Below, in pieces: positions 1-10,898 of a DNA stretch of 64,000 bases. The notes beneath the pieces were generated by a model. The model ran no database searches. It saw only the letters and a program-made list of their open reading frames with translations, and was not told where the DNA came from. Numbering within the stretch: the stretch's first letter is position 1; each line of letters starts with the position of its first letter. Both the position numbers and the translations under genes were made by a program. Where the stretch lies: NCBI RefSeq assembly GCF_001194135.2, contig NC_068982.1, positions 163,501,533 through 163,565,532 on the forward strand, in the 5' to 3' direction. This DNA comes from Octopus bimaculoides. Taxonomy: Eukaryota.

Positions 1-1004
1 TACTCTCTTATTTTTTTTGTTCACTTTTGTCTTGTATCAACTTCCAGGAAATACAAGTAAACATTGACATAACAAACCAGACTGAGTTTTAAAAACAAAA
101 GTTCAACAATGAAACGATAACAATCTCATGACAAAAAAAAAAAAAGCAACATATATTATGTATATATATATATATATATATACAAAAAATTTCTCTGAGA
201 CACAAGTTTCAATTACTTGTAGCATCAATCTTTACTGAGACAGAGCAGTGTTCCCATCTCTTCCTCTGTTTGATTCCAATTTCTTTTTTATAACATACAT
301 TAATGATATCACTATTAACAATAAGAAAAACAAAAAAATTCATTACCACCGCTGCCAACGACACCACCACCACCACCACCACCACCACCACCACCACCGT
401 TCCCACCATGAATGATGACATCATAAAGAACAACTAACACCAATAATGAGAACAACACTAACATTATTGAAATAGTAGCCAAATCCCCCACAAATCACAA
501 TGTATTGTTATAAATAAGGGAAGGATACATATGGTCAGTCTTCTTCATACCCTTATGAAAAGTGAAATGGTCAAAGCCGGAACTGACCAAAGGTCTGATT
601 GACCTATACTCAAAAGATATGATGAAGAAGTATAACCATTTCTAATAACGAATTTGTATGATCAGGGCTGACACATGTCTAGACAACAGCAGCACTAACA
701 ATAACATTATTGAGGGAACCTTGACCTGGTTTCATGAGCTGCTGAAAACAGCAGTCAAATTTCCCTATACCATACCCTACAGTTTGAGAAAACAAAGGAC
801 ACACTGAATAAAATAGTTCTAGATACCCTATTTCTGAAGAAATAAGATAGTAAGGGCATAGTTGTATCTTTATATTTGTATCTTCATAGTTGCATCATAA
901 GTTTGCTTGATTAGATTTGATCAAGGACTAAACAACAACTATATAATTGTCTGAAATCAAAGGAAACTAAAAGAAGTATGTAACCACCAAGAATTGGGAA
1001 GTGT

Positions 1005-1162
1005 CTAAGCACCTAGTACACTCTATGGAGTGGTCGGTGTTAGGAAGGGCATCCAGCTGTAGAAACTACGCCAGAACAGACAATGGAACCTGGTGCAGCC
1101 CCTGACCTTACCAACTCCAGTTAAACTGACCAACTCCATTCTAGCATGGAAAACGGATGTTA
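1005..1162 (+). mobile_element. SINE-like family A copy, (GAT)n-tailed
   Basis: Motif ggagtgg..gttaggaagggcatccagctgtagaaac...ctagcatggaaaacggatgtta, shared with many copies in the window. Its (GAT)n tail (about 1288-1338) is displaced by the MITE insertion. Confidence 0.8.
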
Positions 1163-1284
1163 TAGATGTTTTCGATCTAGTTCGGATTCTTTGCCATCAA
1201 ATTTGATGGTGAAAAATTCAAATTTGATGGCGAAGAATTCAAATTTGATGGCAAAGAATTCAAACTAGATCGAAAACATCTCTA
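1161..1284. mobile_element. Small foldback MITE inserted into the tail of a family A SINE
   Basis: Perfect 19-bp terminal inverted repeat, agatgttttcgatctagtt (1164-1182) and aactagatcgaaaacatct (1263-1281). Three internal 21-bp units (tcaaatttgatggYgaaRaat-like) plus one inverted unit. TA-rich flanks. Confidence 0.8.
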
Positions 1285-1294
1285 TATATGATGT

Positions 1295-1340
<46 letters not shown>

Positions 1341-1469
1341 TTGGATAAAGTACATAAACAGAGAATGGGAACAAGTATATTAATACAGGACAAAGAGAAA
1401 TAAGTAACTGTAGCAATTTTTGAGTAGAGAATGCATAGGGTTCTGAGATCCCTTTATTCAATCTCTCTA

Positions 1470-1660
1470 TTGTTAGTGCCATAGAAAATGCATCAGAACA
1501 CTCTGCAAAGTGGTTGGTGATAGGAAGAGTATCCAGTTGTAGAAACCAACCCAAATGACTATGGAGATAGTAGTGTTCAAAAGAAGATGATTCAGACCAT
1601 GATGATCCCTTCAACTCATGTCAGCATGGAAAGTAGATATAAAAATAATGATGATAACAT
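1470..1660 (+). mobile_element. SINE-like family A copy (diverged)
   Basis: gtggttggtgataggaagagtatccagttgtagaaac...cagcatggaaagtagatat followed by a gat-rich tail. Confidence 0.65.
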
Positions 1661-2995
1661 TGATGAGAGAAGCTGAAGGTGTATGTGATCAGAGAGAATC
1701 AACAATAACAGCACAAACTACAGTAATAACACTGATTCCATTGTGTGGCATCTTGTGTGAGTGTCTTCAACCATTTGTCTGGTGAATGGAATATGGTTGA
1801 TGGAAACTGTGTTGAAGCCTGTTGGTAAGATATCCCCCAGTTTAATACCACCACTAGACCCTTGGGTGCCTTTATCATAGATCAAATTGTAACAAGCATT
1901 TGGGCCAGGTCCTAGTCTGATGATATCTTGTTCCCGTTTACCTATCAGTGATGGGTCATAGGTGCTGAACTTTCTCTTTTAATACAAAAAAAAAAAAAAA
2001 ATTTTCTAAGATAGGCACACAATCAGTAATTTTGAGGGGAGGGTAAATTAATACCATAGACTCCATTACTTGATTGTTTTTTTTTATCAACCTCAAAAGA
2101 ATGAAAAGCAAAGATGACTTCAGTGGGATATGAACTCAGAATGTACAGAGCCAGAAGAATTACTACAATCTACTGTTCCCAAATTATGCTAGCTTTTTGC
2201 CTTAATGAATAAATAAACAAATAAAGCCTAAAAACCACCACTTGCAAAGCCATGAAGGAGCCCGACCCACAACATGGTAGCTGAATTTGCTAGAAATAGC
2301 AGCCAAATCTCACTCAAATCATATCCTACTGATTTACAATAGGAAGGAAGGACACATCTGATGATGTAGTTCCAGAAACATCTGAAAATATAATAGGATG
2401 GTCATCATTGGAATGCCTTTAACAACAGGTTTGTTTGACTGGTAACAGCTGACTGCAGTAACAACAGATCTACAGCATCAAGAACATCAACAATAGGATA
2501 AACATTTCTTAATCTATCTGAAATTTAAGACAACAGTCTTGTATTGCCCAGGTCACACAGACAAAAACTACATAAAAAAAGAAACCCAAACGAAAGCAAA
2601 AACAAAAAAAAAAAAACAATATTTCTGCAAGATCACCATTATATTTTAATGCTCATCTTTTCGTACTGGCATGAGATGGTGGTGGTGAGTGGGGGTGCTG
2701 TAGTGCAAATTCCTCCAAACAACAACATAAAACCTGACATTGAGCCCTTTCACCTTTGTTAAACTACTGTTCATGGAAGCAGTTGTTAAAGTGGATATTA
2801 TTATTATTATTATTATCATCATTATTATTATTATTATTATTATTACTATTATTATTATTATTCTTGTTATTGTTGTTATTACCACCACCACCACCACCAA
2901 TACTCATGTTTCACTAATTGTTTTTGACTTAGTCTATGATGTTCTTATTGTTATTATTAGTTGGACTTGTTCTTGGTGGCTATAGGGAGGTAAGA

Positions 2996-3045
<50 letters not shown>

Positions 3046-3654
3046 ATGCATATGTGCATGCGTGCGTGTGTGCATGTTTATGTAACTGGCAGAGAAGCTA
3101 TTTGGTTGATTAGGAAGGCCAGTGAGGTGTGAAAATTTTGTAAGTCCAGCAAATTAAAATCGTCAACTGGTCAGATATTTATGAATACAGTGTTGTAAAT
3201 GACAAATTCAATTATATCTGTGGAATTCAATGACCTTTGTATGCCAAGATGCCTAGATAACAAATATTGAAAAATGGCATAGAGATAGACCTCACGCTTT
3301 GGTGCTCTCATGTCCCACCCACCGCCGCCGCCACCACCACCACCACCACTTCCTTATGATCTGGCTGCAGTTTAACTCTGGTTCTATCAAAGGGACTCAG
3401 ACTGAATTGTGTGCCTTATTGGATATATTTTACAGAGTTGAAAGGCTGTGAATTGCTAGAAGCGGTAGAGCACCAGCCTAAATGTTGCAATACAATGCTT
3501 AGTTTTAGTCCCCCAATAGCAATTCTCTGAAGAAATTCTGCTATTGAATATAACTTTAATCACTGCCAATGTTTATAAGTTAGGTGGCAGTTAATATATT
3601 GAGGAGGGAATCTTACTGACTTTGTGCCTAAGATGGAAACATGAAGGAAAGCAT

Positions 3655-3752
3655 ATATTTATCTCCACTTAAACGCAGATGTTCTATTAGAACTAACTAC
3701 ACTGTAGCAGTTTGTTCTAACAGAGCATCCATGTTTAAGTGGGGATAAATAT
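3655..3752. repeat. Imperfect ~98-nt inverted repeat (hairpin)
   Basis: atatttatctccacttaaac pairs with gtttaagtggggataaatat, and gatgttctattagaac pairs with gttctaacagagcatc. Stem about 45 bp, mismatches almost all G-T or A-C. Confidence 0.85.
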
Positions 3753-4035
3753 TACCTTTTGGTATTAATACTGCCTTTGCTGCTAATATATATATGCTTA
3801 AGAATGGAAGCATGTTCTACTACATCTGCATCATTTATATCACTGACCCAAGTTCAAGTCCTGCTAAAATTAAACACACATTTTTTTCTGTTAGGGTGGT
3901 GGTGATAAAATAGGAAACAATAATATAGGGAACAAGCCAAGCACGTTTAGATAGATGTGCAATATTAATATGCATGAATGATGGAGTATGAATGAGATTA
4001 GGGAAAGATTGGGGGAGAAAGGAATAATCTGAAGA

Positions 4036-4215
4036 ACACTAAAGAGATAAGGCTGTACTGGCACAGACATGAAGGATGATAGTTGGGTAAAAGAAGTGCC
4101 AAGTGATCCAAATGGAAGAAATCTGCAGAAGTGAAAGATTGAGGAAGGCATAGGTAGAAGTGATTGAGGTTGATTTTGAAGAAGATGAATCTCATGAAGG
4201 AGATGAAGTCTTTTC
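4036..4215 (+). mobile_element. Degraded RTE-like LINE 3' coding remnant
   Basis: Broken frames give IRLYWH, MKDDSWVKEV and LRLILKKMNLMKEM, resembling the RTE C-terminal LRWYGHV...DLKKMNL region. Confidence 0.5.
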
Positions 4216-4252
4216 AAATTGTATGAATATTACACACTTTCATTATATATAA

Positions 4253-4303
<51 letters not shown>

Positions 4304-4429
4304 GATAAAATATTTATAAGAATTTATCAAGTAGTCAGCGTGAAAAAACCCCATAAGGAAAAAAACCCATTTTGGTAGTTTTGACTTATTTAGTCCCTCT
4401 AAGCGTGAGGCATTACTATATAGTAATCG

Positions 4430-4672
4430 TCGTCGTCGTCATCATTTAACGTCCGCTTTCCATGCTAGCATGGGTTGGACAATTTGACTGAGGACTGGTG
4501 AAANNNNNNNNNNNNNNNNNNNNNNNNNNNNNNNNNNNNNNNNNNNNNNNNNNNNNNNNNNNNNNNNNAATGCCAACCACTCAGAGAGTGTAGTGGGTGC
4601 TTTTACGTGCCACCGGCACGAGGGCCAGTCAGGCGGTACTGGCAACGGCCACGCTCGAAATGGTGTATTTTA
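4430..4672 (-). mobile_element. SINE-like family A copy (contains N gap)
   Basis: catcatttaacgtccgctttccatgctagcatgggttggac...gtgccaccggcacgagggccagtcaggcggtactggcaacggcc, near-identical to 16100-16415, 37890-38057 and (inverted) 41230-41420. Confidence 0.9.
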
Positions 4673-4679
4673 ATGCCCT

Positions 4680-4731
<52 letters not shown>

Positions 4732-4769
4732 TACACACTTTCAATTTATATATGTGTGTGTGTGTATAT

Positions 4770-5130
4770 ATTCTTTTACTTGTTTCAGCCATTTGACTGT
4801 GGCCATGCTGGAGCACCACCTTTAGTTAAATGAATCGACCCCAGGACTTATTCTTTGTAAGCCTAGTACCTATTCTATCAGTCTATTTTGCTGAACTGCT
4901 AAGTTACAGGGATGTAAACACACCAACATCGGTTGTCAAGTGATGGTAGGGGGACAACCACACACACACACGACAGGCTCCTTTCAGTTTCCATCTACCA
5001 AATCCATTCACAAGGCTTTGGTCGACCTGATGCTATAGTAGAAGCCACTTGCCCAAGGTGCCACGCAGTGAGATTGAACCCAGAACCATGTGGTTAGGAA
5101 GCAAGCTTCTTACTACACAGCCATGCCTGC
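4770..5130 (-). mobile_element. tRNA-headed SINE family C copy
   Basis: ttttacttgtttcagccatttgactgtggccatgctggagcacc...(CA)n...ttctttcagtttccatctaccaaatcc...gaacccagaaccatgtggttaggaagcaagcttcttactacacagcc, shared with 18590, 25425, 38507 and 60745. Confidence 0.85.
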
Positions 5131-7426
5131 ATATATATATATATATTAGACTTGGGTATACACCTGGTAGTATGCTGGTTAAAGCACAATCACTGTATGT
5201 GGCTACCTGATGTCATCAACAGTATGGATATAAATGCCACTGGACTTACTTCAGGAATTCCTCCATCTCCATTGATGAGACATGGTTGAGGCAAATTTCA
5301 TTATGGTTGGATGCTTTTCCTGTCATAACCCTCATTAGTGTTCAAGCAAAGTAATATTTCCCTAGTCTATTGAACAATGAAGAGAGTGGGCATACTTTTG
5401 TAGAAAATTACAAATAAAACCTTCCTTAAACTGACTCTTTGCTTACAATTAGTATGCACGTGTTAATGAAAAAGACATATACACTCAGTTATGCATGCAT
5501 ATACACACACTTTTAATGTGTGTGTATGTGTGTAATGTGGCTATGAAGATGCTGCAAGAATAGGTAGGCACCAAGTTAGTGCTTGGGCTGCTCAAATCCT
5601 TAAACAGTGTTGATGGTGCATTTATTTATAACAATCATTCCAATAGCAATAACAATAATGACAATAATAATAATGATTATAATCATAATAGAACTTCATC
5701 ACTGCTCCTAACTCATGAGAAGAAGAAATGTAACTGTAGAGTACATACTAAATGTTCTTTGAGTGGTTATTATTTGCACTATAATGTAAGTGCGCAGTCA
5801 CTACCAAATATACTTTGAGTCCTCAATCAATTTTAAGTACTGCTGCCTGGCACATATCAGTTCTTTCTCTAACACTAAGCACAAACCTGCCACTTTGTTG
5901 ACAACTTAAATTTACCACCTCAATGCCAAAAGCATATTGAATACCTCTCAAGATATTTTGAGGAAGTAAATTCTGTTCAATATATTAAGTGATGTAACCT
6001 TCTCTTGCCATCACAAATTTCATAAAGCCTTTTCTTTTTATCACAGAATAATTGCTGAAATTAATTTCTATAAGTCTTAGTTTCATGTTAAAATTTTAGA
6101 TTCTCCTCTCCACTTTAAACTTTTCCTTGTACCTCATTTTTATATTTAACTAAACAACCTCGTAGAAATTATGAATTATGTATAATTGAGTGGAAATTTG
6201 AATTTATTAATGATTCCCCAACAATCTTTTCAGTCACTTTGCCTCTTTTGTGTATATGGTGACTGGCTTATACTTTATGGTTCAGCACTTTCATTTACCC
6301 TTTTGTAAGCTTTACTGCATACAAACATTTTTGATATTTTTTAATGTATTTATTTAGACTTACCATTCTTCAAAAACCTGCTTTTACCTTGTTTTTTTTT
6401 TCTCTGAAAAATTTTCTTTTAAAAAAGGTTTTTTTTTTCCAAAAATTCTGAATCGGTCCTTTTATTAATCGATTCTATTGTTAAAATCATTATAAATTAT
6501 ACAATATTTCTTTCAACACTAATATTGGTAGTTCTTTCTCTCTCATATCATGCTGCTTCTCTTGGCACCTTTTTAATCAATGTTGAGATGCTTATCCCAG
6601 ATCAGGTCATTAACAAGTTGCTGTGTTTTCTCTAAACACAGTAAGGGGTCATATTCCTTTCTTTGTTATGATAGATTTCACTTACTTCTCAACCTCACCC
6701 CTCTTCTCATTTATAACTCTAATAAATGCTTAATAACTCTTTCTTGTAGCAGGTTAAACTTTGTGCACAGACCAGCATGGCACTCATGGCACTTCCATTT
6801 TCTTTTTTCTTTCATTATCTTTCTCTCTCCACCTCTTTACACATCATCACTATCTCTCCCTCTCCAGCACCTTTATAGCTCATTCTTTCCTTATTACTTT
6901 CCTTCTTATCTCTTAATCTTAATCCTCGTCCCTTATATTTTATATCTTTCTTCCTAACTGATACTCATAGTTTTCATGTTCTGATTCTCTTTCGGTCTGT
7001 CTCTCATCATCATCATCATCATCATCATTTAACGTCCATTTTCCATGCTGGCATTGGCTGAACGGTTCATACTCTATCTATTTTCTTTATATCCACCCTA
7101 CCTAATGTCACAATTCCTTTCTGGGAATTATCTCCTCCTTTGCATTTGCCACATGTTCTGAAGATGATGTACTGTGTTTGATGAATGAAGTTATTAATAC
7201 TTATCTATCATCATTCATGTACATTTATATCATGTCCGCTTATATGCTTTCGAATAAATGTTGCCTTATTATGTTCACACTTAATATGTGTAATAATATT
7301 TACTATTCATTGGATACATTGAAACAGCTGTAAAGATATGAGTTATATCATGTAATATTATGTAACAACTCATGTAAATATATTCCATAAGCTTGAGATT
7401 GTTTATTCATATTTGTGTATGTGCAT

Positions 7427-7475
<49 letters not shown>

Positions 7476-8785
7476 AATGACAGGTTGTGTCTAAAAAACG
7501 TTTATATCTTGTGAAAGGGTGGAGAGTTGTGGTGAAGCAAGTGGTAAGATCGCAGTGAACATAGACCACAGACTAATTTCATTTGCTAGTTGAAACTACT
7601 TTCAGTTCACTTATATTGCTTGATAATGTTCATACTTGCAAACATTACAGACCCTTTCCAAAAACTTTCCACTCACCTAGTCTAAAGAAAACAATATATT
7701 TTGTTGGCAGAGATTAGTTTTAGTAATATCTTTCCAAATATTGTTAGACTGAGGCAGACTGTATTTCCCTCAAACCCCACACTTTATTAAAGATATTCAG
7801 AAACTTTGTCTCAATGATGCAATAGTGTAGGGGCTGGGTGGATGGGTGGGAAGCAGAAGATATACTGTGATGAAGGAGACACAGAAGACACAGTCGTAGT
7901 AGTAATAGTTGTAGTAATATTAGTAAGAAAAGAATAAGGTGAGAAAGAAGTAGCAGACAGCGACTAGTGTTAGGAAGGAAAAAAAAAACAAAACAAAATG
8001 AAAACAAAAACGAAAAATATGTGATGACATACAGTGAAGACAGGAAATAAAACAGGTTTCAGAATTTCCATTTAAATATAAATTAGATTATTATATAAAA
8101 CAACAAGCAAACAAACAAAAAAAAATTATGAAAAAAAAAAGAAAAGAAAATGTAATGCCACATTGGCTCAATATTCAATTTCAAAAGAACTTCTTGGTTT
8201 AAAGAGGCTAGAACATTTAGAGATAGGGGTATTGAAAAAAATAATAAATAGATAACATAAAATAAAATAAAATAAAAGGGGGTAAAAAACTACTTCCTTT
8301 TTGTATGCGTTAGCATCTTTGATGTAAGCACAACTTACCAGCATCAAAATTATTAATATACATTTATCTGATCTAACTGATATGACAACAGCAAGAAGAA
8401 TTCATTCGATCAAAGCAGTTACAGCAAAACTTTTTTTTTCCTTATTTAAAGTTTCTAATCTGAAACACTTTATCAGAATAACTTTAATAAATATAAATTG
8501 ATTGGAATTTTTAAATGGCTGGGAATTATATTTCATAATTTCATTTTCATTTTATTTCTTTTTATTTTTATTCATATTTTATTTCCTTTTTTTTATTTTT
8601 TGGTTTTGTTGTTTCTTTTTTGGCAAGTTTTCATTCTTAACAGCATTTTATCTCCAGGCAAAGAACAAAAAAAATTAACCAAAAAACAAAAAGAAAAAAC
8701 TCAGTGAAATGTTTACATATCCTCTTAACAGTTTAAATATTCCATGTGAAATAATCAAAGAGTAGTTAAGTTAGAGGGGTAAACT

Positions 8786-8789
<4 letters not shown>

Positions 8790-8831
<42 letters not shown>

Positions 8832-8841
8832 NNNNNNNNNN

Positions 8842-8867
<26 letters not shown>
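8790..8867. repeat. (GA)n microsatellite with internal gap
   Basis: Direct reading. Representative of the many (GA)n, (TA)n, (CA)n, (GAT)n and (ATT)n tracts in the window. Confidence 0.95.
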
Positions 8868-8872
<5 letters not shown>

Positions 8873-10489
8873 AAGAGAAAGAAAGAGAGAGCAGACTATA
8901 AAAGCACAAAGAAAAAAAGAAAAAAAAAAGAAAATTAATAATAATCAAAGTAACAAAACAAGATGAAACAAAGAAGGGTAAAAAATAATATCTACAGAAG
9001 CTTGAGTGAAATTGTCTTTGTATAATTGTTTTGAGAACTTCTAGTATTCTGCTACAGAACAAAGTTTTCAGCGAGGGAGCAATATACTGGATATAAAACA
9101 GCATCTTGGCAATTCAGACTACAGCCTTTAGTAAGATGTGAAGAGATTCTGCCTCTGTTATTGATTTTTGTTAACATCTCACTGGAAATTTTGGCTAATA
9201 AATTATAACACATCATAAGAGATGAGACATTTTTTTATTTATTTATTTTTGTGGTAGCTTTTCAGGGTTCACAAAATTTATTCCCAGTGGACACAAAAGA
9301 GCAGATATACATATATAAAAGACTGATAGAATAAGTTCGCAGCTTAGTGACAGGAATGGACTGCAGAATATAAAAACAAAAAAGTTAGCAGACTTAATGG
9401 TTGGAACTAATGTACACACTACACACTATTTACCGTTTAGCTGCATGCTAAAATTAATGGCTAGAACCGATTCAATGAGGCTGTTAGCATGTTTGACAGG
9501 TGGTGAGGTAGTAACTCGTGTACAGACTGGCTACTGTTGAAACCACATATTACCTTTCTAATACACTGATCTGGATGAAATCGCTTGAGGGCTTCTTAAA
9601 ACCAGGGAATCAATCTCTGCAGCTCTGATGCTGATAATGACCAAGGTGGTGGTGGTGGTGGTGGCAGAAGTACTTACTGATGGCAGTAGCAGTTGAGGAA
9701 AATCCAACTAGTTTCACAACTAAATGGAAACTTACCAAGCAGTGGCAAAAATCAGGCACCATAATGTATGAAAATGAATATGCGTATGTAGGATATCTAT
9801 ACACAGTCATATATATTTGATATATATATGTGTATGAGAGAGAGTTTCTGATACATAGGTAACCTAATTACCAGTGTGGGTGGATGCTTTCAGAGTAAGA
9901 CTGAACTGAAAAAGTTCAAGGAGCAATTATGTCACTGGTGTCAAAGGGCTTCTCCCTCAGATTGAGGGCAGATTGTATGATGCTTGAGTGCAAAGTGAAA
10001 TGCTACATGATAGTGAAACATGAGCCTTGAATGCAGAGGATAAAGAAAGGAAGCAAGCATACTTTGTCATATGTGTAATATTATTGTGCATGAATGATAC
10101 AGAGTACAAATGACCTGAGAGAAAAGCTATTTATAAGAGGAATCAGATGTAGTGTGCAGGAGAGAAGATTGTTTTGGTCATTACACTTTCTCAATCAAGG
10201 GAGATCTTTATTTTTGTGAGTTACAAGGCAACCTCATAAACACTGGTGCCATGAAAAAGTAAAGTGGTTGGCAACTCGAGCAGAAACAATGCAGATTCTG
10301 TTATCTTACCTGTATAGTGGTTAATATTAGGAAGGGGATTTAGCCATAGAAACTATGCCAATATTAGAAAATTAAAAAAGATGTGGTCCTCTAATCCAAT
10401 GGATTCTGTTCAACTGTCCAAACTAGACCAGCACTGTAAAAAGCCATAAAGTGATGATGAAGATGATAGTTATTATATACAAGAGAGAA

Positions 10490-10705
10490 GGCGGTGAGCT
10501 GGCAGAATTGTTAGCACACCGGGTGAAATGTTTAGCGGTATTTTGTCTGCTGTTATGTTCCAAGTTCAAATTTCGCCAAGGTCGACTTTGCCTTACATCC
10601 TTTCGGGGTTGATAAATTAAGTACCAGTTGAGTACTGGGTTGATGCAATCGACTATTCCCCCTCCCCCAAATTTCAGACCTTGTGCCTATAGTAGAAAGT
10701 ATTAT
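10490..10705 (+). mobile_element. tRNA-headed SINE family B copy (central domain resembles the MetaSINE Meta domain, from recall)
   Basis: ggcggtgagctggcagaattgttagcac (A-box-like), ttccaagttcaaatttcgcc (B-box-like), ggtcgactttgccttacatcctttcggggttgataaattaagtaccag. Copies at 16665, 22330, 22545, 29144, 54712, 62685 and 62921. Confidence 0.85.
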
Positions 10706-10760
10706 AAGAGAGAGAGAGGGGGGGAGGCGGGAGAGAGAGAGAGAGGGGAGGCGGGAGAGA

Positions 10761-10802
<42 letters not shown>

Positions 10803-10863
10803 GAGGCAGGAGAGAGAGAGGGAGGGGAGGCGGGAGAGAGAGAGAGAGGGGAGGCGGGAGAGA

Positions 10864-10896
<33 letters not shown>
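10705..10896. repeat. Polypurine (GA)n tract with four ggggaggcRggagagagag units
   Basis: Direct reading. Almost pure purine on the + strand for about 190 bp. Confidence 0.95.

Positions 10897-10898
<2 letters not shown>

Noticed and set aside
209-2985. ORFs rich in V, H, I or M runs (209-433, 1282-1614, 2646-2900, 2740-2985)
   Set aside because: Translations of (ACC)n, (GAT)n and (ATT)n microsatellites.
8338-8375. Minus-strand exon-like stretch catatcag|TTAGATCAG...GATGCTG|gtaagt (RSDKCILIILML)
   Set aside because: Low-complexity AT-rich peptide. About 20 chance gtaagt sites are expected per strand at this base composition.
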